64,000 bases of DNA from the NCBI GenBank assembly GCA_946965045.2, contig OX337232.1, positions 3,038,001-3,102,000 on the forward strand, written 5' to 3'. The notes beneath the pieces were generated by a model that saw nothing but the letters and a program-made list of their open reading frames with translations, did not search any database and had not been told where the DNA came from. Positions 54,007 through 64,000 of the stretch are shown one piece after another; within the stretch, counting starts at the first letter, position 1; every line of letters begins with the position of its first letter. The position numbers and the translations under genes were made by a program. Source of the DNA: Epithemia pelagica. Lineage: Eukaryota; Protista; Bacillariophyta.

Positions 54007-54759
54007 GGTGGGAGAAAACCGCTTTGGAAAATTTATGTTTGCTCAGTGTGTGTCGCGATGCTGACCACACCTTTACTCTGATCTCGGTCTGTCTGTGTGT
54101 AGTACTGTCAGTTCATTGGAACAGGTTTTTTGGAATTTCATCACGTTCATTTGATTGGCTGGTCAGTTGAGCAGCGACACTAAACTTTGTACTGTTCTAC
54201 ATATAGTGACCAATTCGAATTCGTGTCCGGTCATTGGAACCGGCCTGGAACGGTGCAGAAATCGATTCAAAAATCGTTTTCATTCAAAAAGAATTTCTGA
54301 ATGGCCCTACCTCGCCAACATCCTATTACTTTCTACATCTTAAGCGACCCACATATTGCCCTTATCTTGGGTTAACTGTGGGTCGCTTGATTATATCATT
54401 TGAACCACTAGAAAGTGTCCTGGGTCGGTTTTGAAAAAACGACCTGGCTCGAAAAAATCGACCCAGCTCGTTTTTTTAAAACCGACCCAGGACACCTTAT
54501 AAGTGCCCAATTCACTTGGACGAACGACCCACGGTTGACCCAAGGTAAGGGCAATACGTGGGTCGCACTACTTTCAGAATTGGAGCCAAATTGGGCATGG
54601 CCTCCTCGATTGAAAAATGGAGTCCATGATGAAAACCGACCCAGTCCGGATTTTGGTGAACTGTTTTTAGGGTCATAATTAGTTTTCGTGCGAACAGACC
54701 AGTCTGGTTTTGCACTCCCTCGCGCTTTTGTTTTACGTACTAATAGTACCTATACTCCG

Positions 54760-55832
54760 ATGACCAGGTCTGGCCGCAACACTTTGGGCGAGGGTGCCCT
54801 ACTTTCGTGGAATTCAAAGTCAACAGATGCCGAATTCCTTGACAAAATCGTGTCAGAAGGCTTGATTCTGGAGAGCGCCACACCCAAATCTGTGTGGTTG
54901 GAACACGCTGTTTTCCAAAAGTACAAATTGGAATCATTCAGGTCGGCACTCAACAAAGCCAAAAGAAAATACCAAGTCCACTTGAAGGATCAACATGAGA
55001 GAGAGACTGGTCATGAGTTGTTGGGTCGTGGTGAGACGGCCCCATCTATGGATGGAAAGGTAAGGAACCCCAATGATGGAGATCTCAAACCAGCTCCTTC
55101 TTTGTTTGGGTCGTCCAAAGGACAAGGTAAGTGCCAGTGTACACTGTTTGTTTGATTGTTGAGTCACTGTCCTTACCTGTTGTGGTTTATTGTCTTTTAT
55201 GACCAGGTGTTGCTGCCAAGGTCGCTCCTGAGTCTGTTGTCAGTGACGATGCTATGGTGAAGAAAAGGGCGGCAGGATCCATGCCATTACAGGAGACACT
55301 ACAGGTACAACTACAACAAATGAGGAAAAAGACGAATGAAGAAGACAGTGGTAATGACATGATGAGGAATTGGGAGCCTCCTCATGTCTTGACACAGTGG
55401 GTCGACGACAAGAAACAGCGTCATTTGGTGATTTTGGTGGTGTTGCCTACAGGTATTGCACATGAAGACACAACAAATTGCTTGATTGAAGTGGATCCGA
55501 GCCAGCTACAGGTACATGTGAAGGTAATTTGGCCTGACAACGCAACTCATATCCATTATCTAACCCAACACATGCACAGAGAGTGGCATGTCGAGGAGAA
55601 AAACCTACGAATGAAACTTGCTTTGGAAGACGCCATGAATCAGATGCGAAAAAGAGAAACAGACTTTGTCAGGTCAAAGTTTTCTCTTTCTCTTCCTTTC
55701 ATGGTCCAAAGCAGGTTCGACTACGAATTTATGTACGACACAACAAACGGATTCAGAGCGTTGTTGATTTCCCTACATGAGCCGGACGCACAATTTGAAG
55801 GCGGCATGAAGCACAAGATGGTGCGTCTGTAA
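54760..55832 (+). CDS. Harbinger accessory protein (about 330 aa); exons 54760-55126 and 55207-55832
   Basis: An 80-bp GTAAGT...CAG intron joins two ORF-track pieces in frame; the gene lies inside the TIRs. Confidence 0.8.
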
Positions 55833-56602
55833 ATAAATGTAGTATGATTTGGGGCGGTTGCAAAAACCGGGTGGTGGTGGGCCTAAATCTTTCTATTAGT
55901 TCTCTATTTGTCCATGTTCATAGTTTATGCTATAGTACATCGATTAAGCGTTCTGGTCGTGTTCCGCTTTGTAGTCAGACTTTGCCTGGAATGACAGCGA
56001 GCTGCTCAGGATTACCCCAGCTCCCCGAAGAGAGAGTTGTTCGGAAGCAAAAGAGCTTCGTCCTTATTCTCAAATTTTTGTGAGAGCCCGCATTTCTTAC
56101 ATTGGAGCACGGAAGAACAGTTTTGGAACAGATCGATCCGTCTCGACCAATTTTCACGGAAGCAGGAGCATCTTCTCTGACACTCAAAAGTGATCATCAT
56201 ACACCCCTTTATTTTGATGTAAAGGAAAGAATCCCCAAATTGAGTTTATGTAACTCTTATACATATTGTAGGAGTAATCTTCTGTCTAAGGAACTTGCCC
56301 CTTTTAATTAAGGGGTGGGGGAGGAGGAGTTTCCATCTGTTTCCATGGAACAATTGCGATGCAGTAAAACGACACAACTACCTTTACTACCCCTGTTTTG
56401 AGTCGTCAATAGATATCTTTTCAACTCGGTCGCGATTCATGAGACCACGGGAGAAACTTATTGATGATGGACCTCTCCTGTCCACCCAATCGCATCGGGA
56501 CCATCTTGTGGAAATGAAAGAACAATTGCTCATTCCCTGGTCCCTCTTGGGAACACAATTTTATAACCAGGATTTTTATTATTGATTGTTTGCATGCGAA
56601 AG

Positions 56603-56727
56603 AGGAACGACCATACCACGATGACAGCACCGCTTCCCGTCTGCTCAGCGAAGTTAAGCATCGTCGGGCCCGGTTAGTACTACGGTGGGGGACCACGTTG
56701 GACTCCCGGGTCCCGGGTGTTGTTCTT
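56603..56727 (+). rRNA. 5S rRNA gene (variant with a 7-nt duplication; may be a pseudogene)
   Basis: AGGAACGACCATACCAC...AGTTAAGC (box A)...GGTTAGTACTACGGTGGGGGACC (box C)...CCGGGTGTTGTTC followed by TTTT. The 5' and 3' ends pair (helix I). Confidence 0.92.
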
Positions 56728-56941
56728 TTGAACCGCGGAAGCTTGTATTTACTTTGGATCGCCTCAAACAATCAAGAAGGGAAAGAAGTTCTCTTTACGA
56801 TTGATGGGGAACTAAGTGGATCTGCAAATGTATTTATGTGATGAAAGTTGGGGTTTCTGGAACACTATGGTGCTTCTTGTTCGATTCTTCAAGTCCAGTC
56901 CCTTTAAGGACAACAAAAGTTGGGGGAACGGTTGCACGACG

Positions 56942-59404
56942 TCAACAGCCTCCGGTACAACAAGATCCACAACAAGTACAACATATTGTGGTGTCACAGG
57001 TAACATCGGCCGGTTGGCCTTTTCCCTCGGTGCAATCGGCACCCAAGAATTTGAGCTTCCCATGGACACGATTCTCACAAATGGATGGGGGCATGGTTCC
57101 AGAGACGTAGTTTCCCTGCAGGTACAAGGTTTCCAAGGCTGTCAGATTGCCCAGAGAAAATGGGATGGTATCTTGAAACTGGTTGTCATTTAACCGGAGA
57201 GTTTGAAGATTGCTGACATGTTCCAGTTCGGTTGGAATGGTACCCGTCAAGCCACAGTTCGAGACATCCAATGTTCCCAAATCGGACAACAAGCCCACCG
57301 TCGTGGGAAGTGTACCACCCAATTGGACATTGCCAGCTAGTCTGACAGCACGCAATTTTGGAAATCCCGTTCCGTCCCAAAAGTCATCCAAGGAACCCGC
57401 AAAATCCGAATAGGACAAATCCACCACCTGCAACTCGGGCAAGTGTTTCATACTCAAAGGAAGAGGACTTGAGGAGAAGGAACACAAGGCCAAGTCAATC
57501 TCTTGGAGACTGGTCATGGTTTCAAAGACGGTGTCATTCAGAGGACCTGTGAACTGGGTCGCATACAGGCTGAGACGGACCAGATTGCGGAGGTGGCCAA
57601 ATTCGGTGGGTATTCCGTCCTTGTACGAAAATCCCGTTTTGGTAAGATCCAGTTCTTGGAGCATGGTCAAGTCCCCCAGCCACCACACATTGGCCCAACC
57701 GTCGTTGGTCAAGGCGTTGTTGCCGTGCAGATTCAACAGTTTCAACGAATCTTGGAGAATGGTGACTTCTCGTGGGAATACACCGGTCAAGAAGGATTGA
57801 TACAAGGAGATATCCGTGACATTGCCGTAAGTGAGTCCTTCGTCATCGGTCAAATCCTTGGTACAAGTAATGCCAAACCAATGGCATTCATTTTGTGGAT
57901 AACGACCAACCGTCCACAAGGCGGGACGAGACCCGGCAGCAAGACTGTTAAAAGAACCATTGCTGTTGTCGCTTTCGGTAACGTGAGCCATGGTGGCATA
58001 GTAGATGGAGGCGAGTGCATATCGTTGTCCAATGCGCCAATTCGGCATTCCGAGGGACGTGCGTTCCACGAATCTCAAGGCTTGCATCGTATATGACTCT
58101 TCATTATTGCTAAACTCGGCACCACCCAAAATGGCATAATTGGCAGCCAACATGAGTTCCATGTCCGATTTGGTCCGATCGGTGGGATTGCTCGAAGGTT
58201 GCAGGGATGTCGTGGGTACTGTGGTGGGTGCAAGACTGAACGTGGGAGATACCGAGGCTGTGGGTCGATCCGTCGGAACGATTGTGGGTGACGCGGTAGG
58301 AACGGCCTTGCAATCGCACAGTTCCAGAGCCAGATCGACACAAATGCTATCCCATTCATTGGCACAACAAAAGGGATCTCGTTCGCACACAACACATTCG
58401 CATTCCGCACACACACAACCCAACCCCAAGTGTGCCTCTCGACAATTTCCACACACGGCATCGGCACGCAAACACACTGCCTCATGGAGACAGGCACTGG
58501 TGCTGGGTGCCGGTGGTGCCACAGTATCCGGTACATGACTGGGCAAACCTGTTGGTTGCCCGGTTGATATCGGTTGCAGTGTCCAAGATGTTGGTTGTAG
58601 ACTGGGACTGGTCGTTGGCAAGACCGATGGAGAAAATGTCGGGTCGGGATCGGGAGTCAAGGGGTCCTCTTTGCGACTCTTACTCGTGTCGTTCCGGTTG
58701 CCGAGAAGAATGACGACAATAATGATAATAGCTACTACGACAGCCACAAGCATGCACAAACTCACACCAGTCAAGAGACGCACACGAGTTCGTTGTCGAA
58801 GTTGTTCGTCCTCGTCCAGCGGTTGGGCTTCCACGACCATCATGGTCGTAGTGGTCGTTGTCGTTGTTGCCCCATGTTCTGACAAGCACGTGTCCGATCC
58901 TCCTTCTGATGGATGGCTGTCCCTGACAGGATGTCGTCGATTGGTGGTGCGGTTCTCTTCGTCCTCTACCAAAGTGGCAGAAATCAAAAATTCTTCCGAT
59001 AATCGAGGAGGATCCCGACTTCCCTCCAAGGATGAATGGGGCTGTTCGGGTACACTCCTGGTATCAGGATCAGGGTCATCGGTCCGGCGTCTGCTTGCGT
59101 CTCTGGTACGACCGCCAAGAATCCGACGACTCATAGGCGCCATGGTAAACATCAAGGCTCTTTTACTTGCTACATCGGTGGTGCCTGCTCTGCCTTGTGT
59201 CGTTGTCGGTTGGAATTCTGTCCTGGTTGGTTTGGATTGTAGCTGTTGACGTCGTGGTGATGGTGGTGGTTCCTGCAACAACTGGGTGTTGTGGCGAACA
59301 ATCCCTGGAACCGCCACTGCACCTGGTTGAGGCCGACACATGGGAGGATTACAGTGTAACGGGGTCATCTTGGGTGGTTTTGTGTGACTAGTATCCAACA
59401 GCAT
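56942..59404 (-). CDS. diatom-type membrane LRR protein (820 aa), paralog of 41708-45394
   Basis: TM VSLCMLVAVVVAIIIIVVILLG, PT-rich stalk, CERDPFCCANEWDSIC, QRYALASIYYAT, LRRs GTIPTEL/LQTLRLNDN, Cys tail. An upstream in-frame 84-aa ORF (59677-59423) is separated by a TAG. Confidence 0.88.
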   Translation of the reverse strand: MLLDTSHTKPPKMTPLHCNPPMCRPQPGAVAVPGIVRHNTQLLQEPPPSPRRQQLQSKPTRTEFQPTTTQGRAGTTDVASKRALMFTMAPMSRRILGGRTRDASRRRTDDPDPDTRSVPEQPHSSLEGSRDPPRLSEEFLISATLVEDEENRTTNRRHPVRDSHPSEGGSDTCLSEHGATTTTTTTTMMVVEAQPLDEDEQLRQRTRVRLLTGVSLCMLVAVVVAIIIIVVILLGNRNDTSKSRKEDPLTPDPDPTFSPSVLPTTSPSLQPTSWTLQPISTGQPTGLPSHVPDTVAPPAPSTSACLHEAVCLRADAVCGNCREAHLGLGCVCAECECVVCERDPFCCANEWDSICVDLALELCDCKAVPTASPTIVPTDRPTASVSPTFSLAPTTVPTTSLQPSSNPTDRTKSDMELMLAANYAILGGAEFSNNEESYTMQALRFVERTSLGMPNWRIGQRYALASIYYATMAHVTESDNSNGSFNSLAAGSRPALWTVGRYPQNECHWFGITCTKDLTDDEGLTYGNVTDISLYQSFLTGVFPREVTILQDSLKLLNLHGNNALTNDGWANVWWLGDLTMLQELDLTKTGFSYKDGIPTEFGHLRNLVRLSLYATQFTGPLNDTVFETMTSLQEIDLALCSFSSSPLPLSMKHLPELQVVDLSYSDFAGSLDDFWDGTGFPKLRAVRLAGNVQLGGTLPTTVGLLSDLGTLDVSNCGLTGTIPTELEHVSNLQTLRLNDNQFQDTIPFSLGNLTALETLYLQGNYVSGTMPPSICENRVHGKLKFLGADCTEGKGQPADVTCDTTICCTCCGSCCTGGC

Positions 59405-60478
59405 GGTGGTGGTGGTAATAATCTAGTTGTTTTGTGAATTGTTGTTTGGGGTGGATAGGGAATCCGGAGTAGACGTAGTAGTGGCAGGAAGAGAATTTCG
59501 AGTATTCGTGGTGACCGTCTGCGGTGGTTCCGAAGCGGCGGCCTGCCTCGTACTAGAGGATGGCTGCAATGACAATCGTGGTGGGTTAATAGACAATGTC
59601 TCTTTCGGTTCCACAGTCGCTTCGGAGGATGTTGCATCCTTTTCTTGGATACCCTTTTGGTCCGACTCGTCCCTCATTGTGTGTGGATCTTATTCTTGTT
59701 CTTTGATTCTTCTTGATGGAGGCAAGGGTTTGGAACCGAGACGTTCTTTGAGGCTCTGTCCAAAACTCTTAAAAGCGAGAGAATCCAATTTATGCAGTGT
59801 CTTGAAAGTTTCTCACTCTTGTCGACTGGTTTCGTAGTACATTCGTTCAAGGGTGTCTCCTTCTGGCACTCTCATCAAGGCTGCCATTCTCTCGGTTTGG
59901 TTTGTTGGATTGAAGAGTGTGTGGCACACCCTTGCAGGAGGAAAAAGACTGTGCGTGTGATCATCAAGATGATCGCCATGCGGCTTGTATCGCTGTGTGC
60001 CATGATTGTTTGGCTCTTTGGAAACGAGAGGAACATGATTTCACGGAAGTAAAAAATGACCACTCGGAAGCAACGCGGGACTCCAGTCTACGACTCAAGC
60101 ATACATGACTCGTGACTCACCGTGTAGACCGTCCATCCAAATATGTAAGGTTAGGAGTTAGAAGTAATAGCTACTCCTACCACCGCTATCATAGATGGAC
60201 CGCAGGATGGGAGCGTTGTCCATCCTCATTGCTCCTGGATCGGCTGCGCCGACGCTTTCGAAGGCCGCATGTGTGTTTGGGAGATGAGACAGCACTATGA
60301 CTATACAGTTGTCGTGTGTTGGCAATAGAGTCTTGGAGTGGGTCAAACAAAAAGTCCTATTGCATAGTCGTTGATTTTTTTCTGGTATAAATGTCAATCG
60401 TTTCCCCCGTCCATGGCTTTTGCGCGTCCTGTTCTCTTTTCGTGTGTGTTTGTGTGTCTGCGGTAATGCTGGCTTGCC

Positions 60479-61906
60479 TTACAATTTACCTTTCATCTCT
60501 CTTGGTCTCTTTTCTTGGGCCGCAGCCGAGCCTTCTGCTTCTTCTTCTTCCAAGGGCGCAATGGTCAAGGTGGCATCCAAGGTTTGCAAAATCCGTTCCG
60601 TCAAGTCATGTCCCAAGGCCACGGCCGGTGTCAGCACACCACTGGGCAAGGTTCCTTGTCGGTCCTTTTCGAGCAAGACCATGCCCACTTGAACCAACAA
60701 ATGAGCCGTATAGAGATAGGAAATGTCTTTGCGAAATTCAAAGGTCCCTCGAACCAAGGATGTGATTTCGTCCGATTCCGTGTCGAGAGAATCCTTTTCG
60801 GTCTTGCTGTCGTCTTTGGACGATTGTCGGAGCGTCCCAATGGCATGTAATTTCAAGTACGAGTCTTCCATGACTTGCCGATCGGGCCCTTGTCCGGGTT
60901 GGGGAATGATATAACTGGACAAGAAACTGGGCAATGCCATGGCCGTGGCCATGCGGGCCTTGACAGTGGTTTCATACAACCACGCTCCCACGCCGCCACT
61001 CTTGACCAGGGCATCGCCATAGCGCAAATTGTAATGATAATGCAACAGGGCATTGGACCGACGAATGCAATTCACCATGACGGGTCCCATGATCCACGGT
61101 CCGACGGAATGACCGACATGTTTGTCATAGACCAATTCCTTGGTGGAAATATTGGTAATGCCATGACTGGATTTTTCGCCAGTGGGCAATTTCAAGAGCG
61201 GATCAAAGTCGTTGGGGTCCTTGTCTTTTTTGGACGGTCGTGACTTGCCCAATTGATAGACGGCTGTATGAGCCGTGCCACCGGACATGCTGGCCGATCC
61301 CGGAAATTCCGGAAAGGTTTGGACTTGAATGAGTGTGGCCGGATTCTTCGACGCACTTTGTTGTTGTTGCGCATAGCGATGGAGTTCGTAGACCATCAAA
61401 TCTTGAGGAATGCAATCGTTGCCACAATGATGAATGATACAGGCCTTGGTTTGACGGGCCGTTTGGTCAAAATTGGCAATGGAATGACGGACAAAATCCG
61501 TTTCTCCGGTAATGTCGGCATAATGAACGCCGTGCGTGGCACACAATTGGACCAACGTCTTGCCATATTTTTCGTAGGGACCCGCCATGGTCAAGACGAC
61601 CTTGGTTTGTTGGACCAAGGCACGCAACGTGTCTTCTTGTTCGGGTGTGGTCGGCACCAAATCGGCCGTGACAATGGGTGGGAGTTCCACCGTGCCTTGG
61701 TCCTGTGTTTTCTGCTTGTTGTTGATGGTATCGACAATGTCTTGCAAGACGGCCTTGGTTTTGGATTCGTTGCGACCACAGGCAGCCCAGGAAATGGGAT
61801 AGGCTTGTTCCAACAAGTATTCGACCGCCAATTTGCCGGTAAACCCCGTGACACCAAACACAATGACATCGTAGAGTTTCTTTTCGGGTTTCGAGGTGGA
61901 CGACAT
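60479..61906 (-). CDS. SCCPDH: saccharopine dehydrogenase-like oxidoreductase (475 aa)
   Basis: YDVIVFGVTGFTGKL, AGPYEKYG, YADITGE, CGNDCIPQDL, GVLTPAVALG. Confidence 0.9.
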   Translation of the reverse strand: MSSTSKPEKKLYDVIVFGVTGFTGKLAVEYLLEQAYPISWAACGRNESKTKAVLQDIVDTINNKQKTQDQGTVELPPIVTADLVPTTPEQEDTLRALVQQTKVVLTMAGPYEKYGKTLVQLCATHGVHYADITGETDFVRHSIANFDQTARQTKACIIHHCGNDCIPQDLMVYELHRYAQQQQSASKNPATLIQVQTFPEFPGSASMSGGTAHTAVYQLGKSRPSKKDKDPNDFDPLLKLPTGEKSSHGITNISTKELVYDKHVGHSVGPWIMGPVMVNCIRRSNALLHYHYNLRYGDALVKSGGVGAWLYETTVKARMATAMALPSFLSSYIIPQPGQGPDRQVMEDSYLKLHAIGTLRQSSKDDSKTEKDSLDTESDEITSLVRGTFEFRKDISYLYTAHLLVQVGMVLLEKDRQGTLPSGVLTPAVALGHDLTERILQTLDATLTIAPLEEEEAEGSAAAQEKRPREMKGKL

Positions 61907-62618
61907 GGTGATACTGATGGATTGTGTTGTTGTTCTTGGTTCAATGCTCTAGAGAAGTGCCAAGGTGCGTTTGCGGCTCTCGGTTCTTGGAGCTATAAGC
62001 AGTAATGACAGCGTACGGTTCCAATTTGTGGTTTCAATGGTTCGTTGTTGTGTTGCTTCTTTACTAGGGGGAGCGAAAAACCAAGAAGGAGAGAAGCCGT
62101 TGATGATGATGACGAGAACGAGCAGCCCAAAAGGAGACGACGTGAATCTCTGTTTGTGTGTGATGATGATACAAAAGAAAATCCAAAAAAGATGCGAACC
62201 GGCACCGACACGCTGTGTCGGTAAAATCTCTCGTTTCTGTCAGTGAGGGTGTCGGTAAAAGATAGTGGGAAAAGCGTCTCTAAGGCGACTGAGACGCGAT
62301 GGATCTTTGGTCCACAGACGCGGCACAGAAAAAAAGATCGACCGACCATGGGCAACGGACGGCTGGTGGTTGGTTCGGTTCCGTGTGTATCTTAGAATCC
62401 AAAAACAGCCACAACACGCTCCAGTGTCTCTCTCTTTGTCACTCGAGTGTGGAACCACCACAAACTCGAGCATGGCACTGCAGCGTCGTGAGGGCCAGCA
62501 CTGGGTTTGGAGTTTTGGAATTGTTGTTATTATATTTTTGGGGACGGTCGTGTGGCATCCATTGACGGTTGCTGGTTTTTGTGGTGGTGGTTCTAGATCG
62601 CCGTTCTTCCTCCCAATC

Positions 62619-64000
62619 ATGAGTTTCCGGATAACGACGGCAAGAAGAATCGGCATGCGCGTCCGTGGTGTGTGGAATGGTGGTGACCGCGTGTCACCAT
62701 CTACCCTGACTGCCTTTCACAACAACCACCACCACAACAACAACAACAACAAGGCCCGTGACAATCTTCCTTGGCAAACCTCTGGTGGAGTAGCAGCAGC
62801 AGCATCCGTTGCCACCTCGGGTTCTGCTTCGTCCTCCTTTTCCTCCACCTCCTCCTCGTTTCTCAATGACGCAAACAACAACAACAACAACAAGAGTCCA
62901 AAAGATGGTACGGTGGACACAGACACATCATCGTCCGACTCTTCTTCTTTGTCTTCTTCCAAGTGGTCTGGTTGGGTGTCGGAATTGCACCACGTGTACC
63001 AGACACTCGGAACCGATGGAGTTCGTCATTGGGTCCACGACCAGCGTGCCCATGAGGAATTGTCCCCCGGGGAGATTGTGGCCTTGGCGCATGCGGCCGC
63101 TCCTCCGGGACAATTGGGCACGGCCGCCAGTATCCTCAATGCCTGGATTGCCTCGTATTATCGCAACGACAATCCTCTAAAAACAGACAAGCTGTGTGAG
63201 AATATCCACGTCAATGAAAGCCATCCTCATCCAGCCTTGGCCTTGTATGAGGCGTGGCATCAACAGGCTGCCAAGAGCCATGCGTCCGCATCTCCTTCTT
63301 CTGTGGCGCCAAAGCATGCGGGTTCATCGTCCAAAGGCTCCCCCAAACAATCGACCAAATCCTCCTCCCTTCAACAACAACCACAACCACATCTAGAAGG
63401 TTCTTGTTGTCGTCCCGATCTCTTGACGTATGCCTTGACCTATGCCGTCTTGACGGGCGGACCGCCCACAAAAATGACACTCGACGAATCATCCTTGGAA
63501 GGACCACCACCCAACCCACATGCCGTTGCCGCCCAACACGTTTTGGAACAAGGCTTGCAGTGGAGCAAGAAAATGGCCACTACCAAACAGCATCGCAAAG
63601 CCATTGCCGCGGCGTTACGACACGAACAACAACAACGACAAGACGCCATTAATAACAACACCAAGAAACAGGGCAAGGGACAGAAAAGAAGCACGACACC
63701 ATCGACTGCATCTCCACCACTGACTGTGAAGGATCACGTCTCGAAAATTCAAAGCTTGTTGCAAAACAACGAATTTGACGTGTTGGCGGAAACCAATGAC
63801 TGGGTGGTGGTGTACAAACCCGCCGGTGTCGTGTGTCTGCACCAATCGAACCACCCAGCAGACGACACAAGTCTGGTAGAGGCCCTGGTGCAGTGTCACA
63901 TTGCCTTGTCGACCCTCAATCCCGAAGCTCCCTGCTTGGTTCATCGATTGGATCGGGGAACGTCGGGATGTTTGTTCTTGGCCAAGACCAATCCCACCCA
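62619..64000 (+). CDS. RluA-family RNA pseudouridine synthase (partial, runs off the window)
   Basis: Open frame from ATG 62619 to the edge with VVVYKPAG and LVHRLDRGTSGCLFLAK motifs. Confidence 0.92.
   Translation, partial: MSFRITTARRIGMRVRGVWNGGDRVSPSTLTAFHNNHHHNNNNNKARDNLPWQTSGGVAAAASVATSGSASSSFSSTSSSFLNDANNNNNNKSPKDGTVDTDTSSSDSSSLSSSKWSGWVSELHHVYQTLGTDGVRHWVHDQRAHEELSPGEIVALAHAAAPPGQLGTAASILNAWIASYYRNDNPLKTDKLCENIHVNESHPHPALALYEAWHQQAAKSHASASPSSVAPKHAGSSSKGSPKQSTKSSSLQQQPQPHLEGSCCRPDLLTYALTYAVLTGGPPTKMTLDESSLEGPPPNPHAVAAQHVLEQGLQWSKKMATTKQHRKAIAAALRHEQQQRQDAINNNTKKQGKGQKRSTTPSTASPPLTVKDHVSKIQSLLQNNEFDVLAETNDWVVVYKPAGVVCLHQSNHPADDTSLVEALVQCHIALSTLNPEAPCLVHRLDRGTSGCLFLAKTNPT

Larger units (their letters stand above)
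53025..55883. mobile_element. two-gene PIF/Harbinger DNA transposon (2859 bp)
   Basis: TIR (GG)CCCACCACCACCCGGTT, with the left copy starting AA instead of GG; TAA TSD at 53022-53024 and 55884-55886; divergent transposase and accessory genes. Confidence 0.9.

Overview
Eukaryotic nuclear DNA, most likely from a pennate diatom. The basis is a Phaeodactylum-type delta-6 desaturase, short GT-AG introns, a CoDi-like copia element and diatom-style TM-stalk-LRR genes; the species is not determinable from the sequence. The window alternates transposon clusters (1-17.4 kb, 25.1-26.5 kb, 49.5-56 kb) with gene-dense host blocks. Mobile DNA identified by its termini and target-site duplications (TSDs): a Ty1/copia element running off the left edge (half-tRNA-iMet PBS, two in-frame TGA codons); a near-intact Ty3/gypsy element (216-bp LTRs with 1 mismatch, CAACT TSD, single 1692-aa ORF); a Mutator-like non-autonomous element with a 10-bp TSD and structured TIRs, plus a third terminus of the same family; a 1.3-kb TIR element at CTAG with a nested Tourist-like MITE; a 3.4-kb hAT-like element carrying decayed host-like sequence (8-bp TSD); and a two-gene PIF/Harbinger element (TAA TSD). 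Host genes include a Crinkler/RHS-like NTPase-REase, a patatin-like lipase, an HMG-box factor, a CCZ1-like protein, DUF924, a senescence-domain protein, MCM7, SPT3, a delta-6 desaturase, two paralogous LRR membrane proteins, a saccharopine dehydrogenase-like oxidoreductase and an RluA pseudouridine synthase. There is also an exportin-T pseudogene and a solitary variant 5S rRNA gene. Protein family calls are by eye from motifs; no database search was run.
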